Origin: Diplonema japonicum
Lineage: Eukaryota > Protista > Euglenozoa: Diplonemea
NCBI GenBank assembly: GCA_964019335.1
Contig: OZ025659.1
Span: 186,001-250,000, forward strand
Length of the DNA: 64,000 bases
Direction: 5' to 3'
Positions 11,601 through 22,302 of the stretch are shown piece after piece. Position 1 is the first letter of the stretch; every line of letters begins with the position of its first letter. The notes beneath the pieces are model-generated. The model did not search any database, was not told the DNA's origin, and saw nothing but the letters and a program-made list of their open reading frames with translations. The position numbers and the translations under genes are program-made.

Positions 11601-12593
11601 CATTCCGTAGTTCGCCTCCTTCATCTTCGACGGTGTGTGTCCCTTGCATGTTGCAACCACCACGCAACGGATGCCTTCAAACATGGCAAACCCACCACGG
11701 ATGCATCTATCGCTTCCAACACGTCCATCACCCTCAAGCTCGGTGAAGTTCGTGAAGACAGTGGAAATGACATCCTGCGCTTGGGGGCGGGAGATGGAAC
11801 GGGACTTGGTGTAGTCCTGCCCAGACGTGGTCGACGGTTGAGCAGGAGCCGGAGTGGAACCAGAACGGACCTGTTTCCCGCCCATCAAAACAGTGAAAAC
11901 GTTGGCAAGCGTATCGTCAATGGAAGCATCCATCTCGGGGCCTTTTAGAAGCGGCAGGACAATGTCAAGCTGTCCGTGTTTTTCGAGGAACTGAGCGGAC
12001 TGGAAATCGGCGGGGCACTCCGAGTCATACTTCGCTTGGTCCATCTCGTACATTGTGTTCAGAATAACGGCGGGACCGGCGAAACCAATCCTTGCCTTTT
12101 GGATACTGATCCTTACATCAGACTGCATGGCGTAAGAGGCAGACACACCACCATATGTTGGGTCAAGGAGGATGGTTATGAATGGAAGGCCTGCATCGCG
12201 ATGACGGCCTACGGCAACAGACACCTTGGCCATCTGCATGAGGGACAGGGTCCCTTCTTGCATTCTTGCGCCGCCAGACTTGCACATGATGACAACTGGG
12301 AGGCGGTGTTTCTTAGCGTGTTCGAAGCCTCTGACGAGCTTTTCGCCTTCGGCGCACCCAAGGGAGCCGCCCATGAAGGCGAAGTTGTGTGTCATGACAA
12401 CTACCTCTTGTCCTGTTTTTAAGGTTCTCACCTTGACCACGACGGCCGACCCCTGCCCCGTCTTCGCGACCGCTCTCTGGAGCTGGTCGGAGTAGCTGGA
12501 GCTCGACCTGAAGCTAAACTTCAAAAAATCCTGCGAAACTACCTCGGTGAACAACTCTGTGTCCTGACCGGCCGGATCCTGATGAACAGACAT
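8627..12593 (-). CDS. single-chain biotin-dependent transcarboxylase: acyl-CoA carboxyltransferase beta+alpha, pyruvate carboxylase CT domain, biotinyl carrier (~1296 aa, 2 introns)
   Basis: AccD motifs FMGGSLG and GGARMQEG; AccA motifs GEGGSGGA and ISPEGAASIL; PC-CT motifs RDAHQSLLATR, WGGATFD, KDMAG, HFHTH, IPGGQYSNL, KVTPSSK; biotin site AMKM. Introns 9458-9495 and 9356-9393 join the two ORFs in frame. Confidence 0.92.
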
Positions 12594-12993
12594 TTTTTTT
12601 TTTTGTATAACGGCTCGAAGAAAAAATCAACCAGAGTCTACACCGAAAAAGGTGAGGTTCGCAGGGGGGGGGGGGGGTTAAAAGGAAAGTGTTCCTGTTG
12701 TTTGTTGTTGTTTTTTTTTTTTCCCTCCACCCGACGAAGGAATTTAAAAAAAAAGAGCAAACACATGAACAAAAAAATGGGCACTTATTTTTCTTCTCTT
12801 AATTTTTCTTTCCAGAACCGGAAGCACGGAAGGCAGGAAGGGGGGGGGGGGGGGGGGGAAGGGGTGCATTTTCTTTTCGTTAAAGCTAATTTTTAAAAAG
12901 GGGGAGGGGATAAAAAAATCAGGGGGGTAGAGAGAGATACAACACAAAAAAACTCTCTCCTTTTTTTTAAAAAAAATTTTTTTATTGTCTCCT

Positions 12994-13893
12994 TCAAATG
13001 CTACTGATCAATTTCTTCATCAAGGGAAAGATTGTGAACGTGAGACCCACGTTAGCCCCGACTCGGAGCATGCGCGGGATGGTACCGGAGTAGAGGACCT
13101 TTTTTTTTTTTTTTTTTTTTTTTTCTCTTTTTTTTTCCCTCCCACTCCATACCTTCGCGCCCTCAGTACTCACGACAGTTGCCAAGCAGTGCAAAGTGGA
13201 ATTGTATTTCCCAGACATGGGCCCTTGCATCCTTGTCTTGACCAGATCGATCGGCTGCGTAACAAGAACAGATACAATGCCTGCTACCACTCCAGCCAAT
13301 CCATTGTACACAGGAGACGACCGTTTCTGCGGAGAAGACCCTGCAAGCGCGGACAACGCAAGATATTGTGCAGGAAACCGCACCGCTTGGTTGGTAGCTT
13401 GCTTCATCATAGTGGGGACAGCACCCTTGTAGAGGCCTGAGAAGCCGTAAGAGGAGTATATCGAACGTGTACCGTGGATAAGGCTTTTAAACTTCTGTTC
13501 CCCCCGCTGGTCGGTGATGAACGCGGTTTTAATAGTTTCGGAAGGCGTCACCACGAAGGCACCTTCCACAGCTCCTGCAACGGCGCCGCAGAGAACCCGG
13601 CGTTGGGTGCTGAGAAGACCGTTTTCGTCACGTAACACAACAGCACTCTGTTCAAACGCGCTCCAGCGTATAGCTTGCTTTGGGATGCTGCCAGCCAGCA
13701 GTACTGACATGCCTCGGTATAACCCTATGAAGCCGTGTTTCTTCACTGTCTGAGAAGCACAGTCCACCAAGCCTTTGTATTTCCCCCCACCGAGCTGCAG
13801 GTGGGTTTTAAGATATTCAGTCGGATACGTCACGAAACACTCCACGGCACCCGTGGCCGCGCCAGCGATCAAAGATGTTAACACTGCCGACAT
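12994..13893 (-). CDS. mitochondrial carrier, citrate/tricarboxylate transporter-like (281 aa, intron 13099-13152)
   Basis: Three Px[DE]xxK signatures (PTEYLK, PSETIK, PIDLVK); IPKQAIRW and KQATNQAVRF resemble SLC25A1/Ctp1 contact motifs. Confidence 0.85.
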   Translation of the reverse strand: MSAVLTSLIAGAATGAVECFVTYPTEYLKTHLQLGGGKYKGLVDCASQTVKKHGFIGLYRGMSVLLAGSIPKQAIRWSAFEQSAVVLRDENGLLSTQRRVLCGAVAGAVEGAFVVTPSETIKTAFITDQRGEQKFKSLIHGTRSIYSSYGFSGLYKGAVPTMMKQATNQAVRFPAQYLALSALAGSSPQKRSSPVYNGLAGVVAGIVSVLVTQPIDLVKTRMQGPMSGKYNSTLHCLATVVSTEGAKVWSGREKKREKKKKKKKKVLYSGTIPRMLRVGANVGLTFTIFPLMKKLISSI

Positions 13894-14361
13894 CACTCCC
13901 ACTATATCATAGTTTTTTTTTTTTTTTCTTCTTCCCCTCTTTTTTTTTCTTTTTTTCCCCGGGTCCAAAAAGGGGGGGATAATAATAAAAGGGATTATTA
14001 ATAACAGAATGGGGGGGGGGGGGGGGGGGGGCTCAAGGTTGGGTGTTAAAAAAATAAGAAAAAAAAATATAAATTTGGAAAGGGGAATGAAAATAGGGAC
14101 AAAATATAAGGCCGGGGGGGAGAAAACTTTCGGTTTAAAAAAAAAAGCAAAAAAAAAGAGAAAAAAAAACTTTAAAGTGTACACACTCTTCTTTTAAAAA
14201 AGAATTTTTTAGGGGGGGAAAAAAAGGAGGGGGGGAGATTGGGGTGGGGTTCTTAAAATCTTAAAACTTTTTTTTTTTTCCTTTACCCCCCTCTTTGGCT
14301 TCTTCAGCCCAGTGTGAGACACAAAAAAAAAAATCTATTTTTTTTTTTCCTCCCCTTCCCC

Positions 14362-17300
14362 TTAACTATGTTTCGCACCGCAGAAAGGACAACCCCCGGC
14401 TTTGAGGTACTCGTACTCATAATCGTCTTCATGAAAGAAGTGGTTACAGGACGCGCAAAGAACCACAGGAAGGTCCGGAATGACATTTCTAAAGTACGTT
14501 ACGCGAAGATCCTGCGAAAGTCGAGCCTCTTGTTCCTCTGTAACCTTGTGCTTGGAACCGGGGTTGTTCGTCCAGCTCATGATGAATACGTCATCCTTCT
14601 TCATCATTTTCAAAGTATCGCGGTCCACAACGACAGGAGCGTATTGCTTATCTGTGGCACCGTGGAAGTCCAATGACATGAGCTGCCGAGTAAAGGGATC
14701 GTTCAGGTTCATCCCTGCCTCTGCGTCTCCACCAAGTACATCATGTGAAGTGTCATTCCCAGTGAATGTCAATGTTTGTACCCCGTCAGCCTGGTGTTCC
14801 TTCCAATCAAGATCTTTTCTACGACCCACTCTCGTGTTCGAATTGAGAATCGACATGGCCTCAGCATGGGAAACGCCTGGCGCCAGTACGAAATGCACCA
14901 GCGGAAGATGATTGTATGAACAATACGATCTGACGAACGGGTGCAGGCACTGTGTGCAGCAGTCTCGGTCCGCGAGCAACGGGTTCGTGAAGGAACACCT
15001 GTAGCACATTGGAAGCAGATCCTCCTTGTCCGTAAACGGCTTCGATCGGATCTGAATGGCAGCCATGTCAAGCTGGTCAATCAAATGCTTGGGAACAACA
15101 TATTTCTGAAGACGTTCATACGCCGTGCGTGCCAGTTTGTTCGCGTCCAATTCTTTGGAAAGCTTTGCCAAAGCGAGGATAACGTTGAGCTTAGACATCC
15201 CGTAAGGGCACACCGCGCCTATCTCTGTCAATAACCATCTGCTCATGTGGAATAGGTTCAAAGGGCTCGTCTCGCAGAACGGAACGTCGTTGTACTTGTG
15301 GACGAAGCTGTACGCGTAGTAAAGCTCTGCTTTATGTCTGCACAATTTGAACTTTTCAAGACGTTCGCTGTGTTCCGCTTGTGATAAACCGCCTTCGGTT
15401 ACCAGGCGAAGATTTTCTGCTGCGAGCTTCCAAAAGTAGTAAGATGCGGAGTCGAACCGGCGTTCGATGACACCGTTGTGCGCGAGTTGTTCCACCATGC
15501 GTAAAGCTTCCTTCGGACGCTGGGCTTTCTTGTAAGCTTCTTGCGCTTCGTCGAATTTGTCGTTCAAAGCAAGCCATTCCGCGTACGGGAGGAACACGTC
15601 TGCTACGTTTGTAAGTCCTTGCGCAGCGTTGAGTAACCTGAAGGCCTCGTCCCATTTTTGCATTTCAACGTGGAGCTGCATGAGGCTTTTCATGTCGCCT
15701 ATCTTTTCGTAGGCTTCCTTTCCATATGCGTGGACGTTGTGTTTTCTGAAGTATTTTCCGCATAGTTGAATGGCAGCGACGTCGGATTTTTGCAGGCTTC
15801 TGCACACTTCGATCAGTCTTGTCAGCCACCCGTTGTCGCCCATGAGCGTGATGGCTTTGATGTGGTCACCAGCTGCGAGCCATAGAGCCGCGGCGTCACG
15901 TTGCGCGCCGGTTTCTTCGGCCCATCGTGCTTGCCGTCTTATAAGATCTTTGAGGTTTTCGTCGTTGGGGCAGATTTCCTTCGCTTTTGTCCACATTTTA
16001 AGATCGGCGTACATTTCGATCGCTTTTTTCTCCTGTCCGATCTTCACGAACAACGCGGCGGCCTCCTCGTACTTCCCTTGGTACGCGAGGATCTCCGCCA
16101 GGAACACCCTGTCGTCCGTTCCGAGACACTTTCTATCCAACGCAATTTGATCCAAAAACTCGATGTACCGCACGTCCCTGATTCTAATAAAAGCTCTGCG
16201 GGCGATTGGGAAGTTCAAGTCTGTTAACGCCTGCATGGCAAGCATTCTCCAGTCATTTTCCGTAACTCCAAGACAGGCGATTTGGTAAGCACTTGTGAAA
16301 TCTTTTTTCTCAAGGTATCTATACAATGAGGCTGATTGCGGCACGTCTATAGTGTGCATCGCAACGAAGTGGAGGCAGAATATCTTCGAGCCTTTGAACC
16401 CCACCACGAAACCCTGAAGCTTCTGTTGGTGGACGGGGAAGGTCCCTGTTTTGATGTTCAGAAAGGAGTTCCCGCTGAAGCACAGCATGTCCTCGTACTC
16501 CGAGTTCCAAGCGATGGAATTTGCGTTGGTTTCCTGGAAGAGCAGCTCTTTGTTGTCGAGCGAGTACACAACACAGTTCTGATTTTCATCGACGACAGCG
16601 AGTTTGTTACGAGAAGCCGAGAGGTCAAGACATCTTACAGGTGATTCCAATTTGACCAAATGAATCGGGAACGTGTTGTCGATGAAGATCTTCGAGACGG
16701 TACCGTTACGCAGTCCGACAAGGAGCGCCTCGCATTCCACAGGGCCGCCCACTACCTTAATGTACCGAATGCCTGATTCGAGAACCCACTCCCGCTGCCA
16801 GTGGCCTGCAAAATTGTATAATATCAGCTTTTTGTCGAGGCATAGAACGATGTGCATCGAGGTCACGACAAGGAGGTTGCAGTCCAGTTTTTTCCCGATC
16901 CGCTCCTTCAGCTTGTGCTTCATCTCGTAGGCATCGTCGTAGCACAGCTCGTAGACCATAACCTTGTCGGGAAGCTGTACAGCCAAGCGGTCCCTGTAGA
17001 TAGCGATCTTCTTCACATAATCCTTACAACGAATTTTCAAACGCTTGTCGGTCACAAGCTGCTGGATCACCACATCGGTCATGTAATCGCGATACGCGTA
17101 CTGGTCTTGGTACAAACCGTGGACCGTTGAAAAAACAAGTTGGTACATTGCTATCAACCCATCGTTTGTTCCCATTGCAATGAAGTTCAGTTTCGGTCGT
17201 TGCTTGACTGACCAGACCCAGTCGTCGACCTCTGTGATGGTAGACAGTCGAACGCCTTCTTTTGTCCACAGCGAGACCTTTTTATCAGACCCGCCGATGA

Positions 17301-18024
17301 GGAGATACTCACCGTTTGAGAAGTACGACACGCAGCATGGGTCGAACCCAAGGTGGCGGTCGCGCCCGATTTGCTTCGACGAAAGATGGTAGAATGAAAG
17401 CGTTTGGTCCCAGCACCCGACCGCGAGGATATCGAACGCTTCCTCTCGAGATGGATTCCATGTCAGTGTCCACACCGGCGCGGCACGCTTCATCGATAAT
17501 TTTTCATCCCCGGCCTTCGTCCGAATAGATATTGTACCTGAGAAATACCCCAATGCGAGATGTTGACCGTCGTTAGTCCAAGCGCAGGATAGGACTTTTG
17601 AAGCAACTTTGTGTTTTGAAACAGATTTTTGTTCTGGGGACCATAGACCGAAATCAGACGCGGTCACAGAAGCGAGTTGCTGTGTGACGGGGTTGTAGGC
17701 CAAGGATTGGATCGAATCGGAGTGCTGGTATTTTAGAATTCCCTCGGCTTTTGGTGTCCAGATTATCACCATCTTGTCAGCACCACCGCTTGCAAACCTC
17801 TTTCCATCTTTTGAATATGCCACACAGTACACAGTGTCTTTGTGGCCTTTCAAGGAATGAATGGGATCGCCTGCTGACGAATCAGCAGCAGCGTATACAA
17901 GAACACGGACGCCGACAGCTGCGATGAGTTGGGTTCCATCTGGTCTAAAGGCGACGTCGTGGACGGCAAATTTCCCCCCGTTGTGTTCTGGTATTCTGTC
18001 TTGCCAGGAGGTCACCGTTTTCAT
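14362..18024 (-). CDS. IFT122: intraflagellar transport protein 122
   Basis: WD40 N-terminus (LKGHKDTVYCVAYSKDGKRFASGGADK; STVHGLYQDQYAYRD), TPR-like middle, C-terminal Cys motifs. Confidence 0.95.
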   Translation of the reverse strand: MKTVTSWQDRIPEHNGGKFAVHDVAFRPDGTQLIAAVGVRVLVYAAADSSAGDPIHSLKGHKDTVYCVAYSKDGKRFASGGADKMVIIWTPKAEGILKYQHSDSIQSLAYNPVTQQLASVTASDFGLWSPEQKSVSKHKVASKVLSCAWTNDGQHLALGYFSGTISIRTKAGDEKLSMKRAAPVWTLTWNPSREEAFDILAVGCWDQTLSFYHLSSKQIGRDRHLGFDPCCVSYFSNGEYLLIGGSDKKVSLWTKEGVRLSTITEVDDWVWSVKQRPKLNFIAMGTNDGLIAMYQLVFSTVHGLYQDQYAYRDYMTDVVIQQLVTDKRLKIRCKDYVKKIAIYRDRLAVQLPDKVMVYELCYDDAYEMKHKLKERIGKKLDCNLLVVTSMHIVLCLDKKLILYNFAGHWQREWVLESGIRYIKVVGGPVECEALLVGLRNGTVSKIFIDNTFPIHLVKLESPVRCLDLSASRNKLAVVDENQNCVVYSLDNKELLFQETNANSIAWNSEYEDMLCFSGNSFLNIKTGTFPVHQQKLQGFVVGFKGSKIFCLHFVAMHTIDVPQSASLYRYLEKKDFTSAYQIACLGVTENDWRMLAMQALTDLNFPIARRAFIRIRDVRYIEFLDQIALDRKCLGTDDRVFLAEILAYQGKYEEAAALFVKIGQEKKAIEMYADLKMWTKAKEICPNDENLKDLIRRQARWAEETGAQRDAAALWLAAGDHIKAITLMGDNGWLTRLIEVCRSLQKSDVAAIQLCGKYFRKHNVHAYGKEAYEKIGDMKSLMQLHVEMQKWDEAFRLLNAAQGLTNVADVFLPYAEWLALNDKFDEAQEAYKKAQRPKEALRMVEQLAHNGVIERRFDSASYYFWKLAAENLRLVTEGGLSQAEHSERLEKFKLCRHKAELYYAYSFVHKYNDVPFCETSPLNLFHMSRWLLTEIGAVCPYGMSKLNVILALAKLSKELDANKLARTAYERLQKYVVPKHLIDQLDMAAIQIRSKPFTDKEDLLPMCYRCSFTNPLLADRDCCTQCLHPFVRSYCSYNHLPLVHFVLAPGVSHAEAMSILNSNTRVGRRKDLDWKEHQADGVQTLTFTGNDTSHDVLGGDAEAGMNLNDPFTRQLMSLDFHGATDKQYAPVVVDRDTLKMMKKDDVFIMSWTNNPGSKHKVTEEQEARLSQDLRVTYFRNVIPDLPVVLCASCNHFFHEDDYEYEYLKAGGCPFCGAKHS

Positions 18025-18502
18025 TTCTCCTGCAATTTTACGTCGTCCCCCCTGCTCCTTCTATTTTCTTTTTTTTTTTTCTTCTTCCCTTCTCCCCTCC
18101 CTCCCTCCCTTCCTTTGGGATGTTTTTTTATTAAATTGTGGAAATAAATTGAGGGGAAAAAAAAAAACAAAAAAAAAAGTATCACAGGGGCTAGGTTATG
18201 GTGTGGTTGTGGGAGGGGGAGGGCAGAAAAAAATATTTCACAAATAAAAAAAAAAAAAAAAAAGGAAAGCATCGAAACTTTTTTAAAAAAAAATAATAAT
18301 AAGAAATATGACTAATTTGGTACCCGCCCCCCGTGAAGATGGATTAAAAAAAAAAAAAAAAAGAAAAAAAAAAAAAAAAGGAAGAATAAGAATTTTAAAG
18401 AATGACTTTTTAAAACCCCCTCGTAAAGTATTGAGCTCCGAGAGACAAATCCTATGATTGAAAAATAAGATGGGAAGGGGGGGAAACACTGCCAGATAAG
18501 AA

Positions 18503-18552
<50 letters not shown>

Positions 18553-19078
18553 GAGCGATTAACCTCCTGGGGGGACAAATGTAAAGGAGAAAAAAAAATC
18601 GAATGTATATAAACAGCAAAGGGATCGAAACAAAACTACTAAAAAAAATCTTTTTTTTTCTTTTTTTTTTTCCTTCTCCCATGTAAAAAATTACCCGCCC
18701 CGCCCCGACAAAATCTGGTCAATTGTTTTAACGGTATTTGTCAAGAAAGGGAAAAAAACAAAAAAAAAAAAAAAAAAAAAAAAAAAGAAAAAGAGAGAGA
18801 GAGAAAAACACGCACATAGCAAGACAATACCAACTCTAATCTTTAAAACCGTATCATTGACCGTAGAAGCAAGAAACCACCTTACACCAACAAGCCGCTT
18901 AAAAGCAGCGAGGGGAGAGGAGGATCATCGCTTCTTGTAATGGGAATAGTCCTTTTTATTTCCCCCCTTTTTTTTTCTTGGAGGCAACGTGGTGACTGAG
19001 AGAGAACAACTAAACAACAACAAATGAAAAATAATATATTTTTTTTTTTTTTTTCAATTTCAATTTTTATTCCTCCTA

Positions 19079-21978
19079 CTATGAGTATGGGTAAAGAGGC
19101 TCTTCATTTTCGAGAATAGACACTCCCACACCTGTGTTATGATTTAAGAAAAAAAAAAAAAAAAAAAAAAAAAACCTGTTTTAAAATCTGCAGGAGCGAT
19201 CACAAACAACCACTCCACCAAATCCCTCAAACTCTTAATAGGCCGCTGAGCCTCCTGTTGGAAAAAATTTTTTTTTTAAATCTTATTTCAAACAACAAAC
19301 CTGTCTAGTAATAGGGAACGAGTCAACAATCAAATGATTAATCTTCTGCTGGTTAATCTCCGATCGGTAGAAAATAATCTTATGAGTAGTCTTTAGGGCT
19401 CCCGAAGAAGGCGACGGACTGTGCTGCTTGCTCCTGCTAGACAAAACGAGTTTTCCAGGCTCTCGATACGAAGGCCTGTTTTGGTTTTTTTAAAAAAAAA
19501 AAGAAAAAAAAAAACCCTCCTCCCCCTCCCTCCCTTTTTCCATTACCTTATTAAAAAGCACCCCCTGCTGTACCCATGCATTCTTTCTTCAACAACAACG
19601 TTTGAAGCACCCAAAAAAAAGGAACATTTTGCATCTAACCAAATTAAATCGTCAATCATAGTCTCTACAGGGAAGTAGGTCTGAAAGGGTAGATAATCCG
19701 TGTCTTCCCGTAGTGTGTCGCGCTTGGGGTTCAACCCCCCTGTTCCTAGTGTGTCCTCACATTGCATCAGATACCTCACAAGGGGGAAAAGATACGAGAA
19801 CTTCGTGGTGAAATGCGGTTCCTTGTTGTAAGGAGGAATGTTAGCAAGCCTGTTGAAGAATTCAACCCATAACACCTCCGGTTTTCCTTGAAAGATAACC
19901 TGCTGCGGCGTAAGCGTCACAACAGGTGTTCGAGAAGGCGACGGTGACCTCGCTTCCCACCATTCCAAAAAATCCGAAGACGCAACTTTCAACGAAGCCA
20001 ACTCCATAACAGGCAGCTCCTCAACATCATAAGTATAACCTACCCTACACCAGTCAATCGCAGGCCGATTCACAATATGTTTCCTGACGTTTTTCAAAGC
20101 AACATGGACCTTCGCATCAGGGTCCTTAAGGATCAAACCCAAACACTTATTAATCGCATAGTTCGTCACGGTCCCGTGCATGGGAACGGATGATTTTGCG
20201 TGTAACAGGGCTAATATTATTTCGGCGGCTTTTTCACGGACCCTCCAAACAGGGTCTTCAAGCAATGCAAGAATGCCACATGATCCTTCGGAGTTTCCAT
20301 CACCGAAGAACGCGTCGTGGTGTAAACGGCCGTCCGTCGCGTGAACCGCAAGTTGGTACAGAGTTTCAAGACATGCGTGTTTTATCTCCCAATCAGAGTC
20401 GTCCCGTTCACAGTACGAATGGAGCTCCCCGCACAGTGATGGGACGTAAGATTCAGATTTCAACGCAGCTCTCCCGCATAGTAACTTGAAAACCTTCGTG
20501 AAGAGGTTGTGCTCCCTTGTCTCGTGAATGAATCCGTACGAGCCGAGGATCTTAACTGTTTTTTCGTCCAGCGGACAGTCGGGTCTCAACAATGTATCGC
20601 TCGCTAGACATTGTGTTCGTACAACATGTGACTCAACAACACCCGCTTCCTTCAGTAAAAGCAAACCGGATTTCACAATGTTGAGAAGGTATTGAAAACT
20701 CGAAATCGATTCCTCTTCCTCGTCTAACCCGTTCAACCCGTTCAACGCTGTGCTCACGTATTTCAAACATCTTTCGATTGTCGTCTGTACCTCCTTCGAT
20801 TTGTAATGCCGCATTCCGGTCTGCATGGATACGGGTCCTGAAACGCATTGAATCTTGCAGAAGAGAACAGCGATGTACCGGAAGCAGGAGTGGAGGAGAA
20901 CTCTTTGAAAGATGTAATCGGGGGGATCGTTGTCCACACAAGCTCCTCGTAACAAGGCTTCCAATGCTTCTGCTGGGTTGATAATCGATTGGATTTCCTC
21001 GTTTTCCCTCGACGACAGCCATTCCACCAACGATTTCAACCCGTCAGAATCGGTGACTTGAAATGTTGCGCTTTTGAACGACATGGTGGGTTGGTTCGAC
21101 GGCGACCCTGATGACAGGTATGAGGAGTGTTGTTCTGTTAATATTTCGCTGGCGGACGTTTCGAAAATGGTGGAGTCGGACCGGGTCAGAAAATCGTGGA
21201 CGAGCAGCTCTTCACAGACAGTTCTGCTCGTCTCGTCCAAACACTGTTCTATAAACTCCCGCAAGGGATCCCACACCATCGGGACCACCGGACGGATCGT
21301 CCCGTTCCCAATAGCAAATCCAAGGGATATTCCTTGTAAATCACTGTCGCTATAAGGCGGCACACCAGTTGCCATTTCTATAAGAGTACAACCAACCGCC
21401 CACAAATCGCTTCTTATGTCATAAAGAGCTTTGAACGACCTAGGGGACATGTACCGAATCGTTCCCACGCATTGCTTTTCTACCGATGTTCTGTCAGAGA
21501 CTCTTTTGCATAATCCGAAATCTGCGAGTTTTAATTGCCCGGAAGTACCGACTAACATGTTTGCAGGTTTGATGTCACGGTGGATGAGGCCTTTTGAGTG
21601 AGCGCATTGCAGGCCTTGTAAGACACCTTCTGTGTATTTTTTTATCAGCCCGGTGGGCATTCCGTCAGGGTAGCTGTTTCGTATCACGTCGTGTAAGGAC
21701 CCTTCTGACACGTATTCCATGTAGATTGAGGAGATTTTTCGCATGCTGTCGTAGATGAAGGCGTAGGTTTGGACTACGTTGGGGTGTTTCAGTGACTCCA
21801 GCACCTCGTACTCTGCCCTGGCCTTCGTCATGGTCTCGTCGTCGGTCGCGGCTTCTTTAATGGCCACGTACTGGGCCGTCACCGTGTTCTGGCCTTTCCA
21901 CACCGTCCCGTACCCGCCTTGCCCGATCTTGTCGGGAAATCGTTTGCATTGGAGCGCGAATTCCTCCCCGAAATTCAT
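19079..21978 (-). CDS. STE/MAP3K-like protein kinase with ARM/HEAT-like region and C-terminal SH2 domain (~912 aa, 3 introns)
   Basis: GQGGYG, VAIK, HRDIKPAN, DFG. Introns 19476-19546, 19255-19300 and 19132-19175 extend the ORF to GCFLIRPSYREPGKLVLS...SLRDLVEW, with stop at 19079. Confidence 0.85.
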
Positions 21979-22302
21979 ACAATTTGTTTCCCCTCCCCAC
22001 CCGCTCCTGTTTTTATTGATTCTTAAAAAAAAAAAAAAGTCGAAACAAATTAAAAAAAGATTAAAAAAAAGGACACACTACGAGACACGCCCCCCCCTCA
22101 TGGGGGGTTTTTTTATGAAAAAAAAGTTTTTCCTCCTCTGAATGAGGGGGGCAAAAAAAAATCACACTGATTGATGACCTTTTTTTTTTTTTTTTTTTTT
22201 TTTTTTCCTTGTGAATAAAAATGTGGGTAAAAGAAAAAAAATGAAAGGGGAAAAAAAAGAATCTTCTAAATATGCTGTGCGTCACTGGAGTCAGCCGCAA
22301 GA

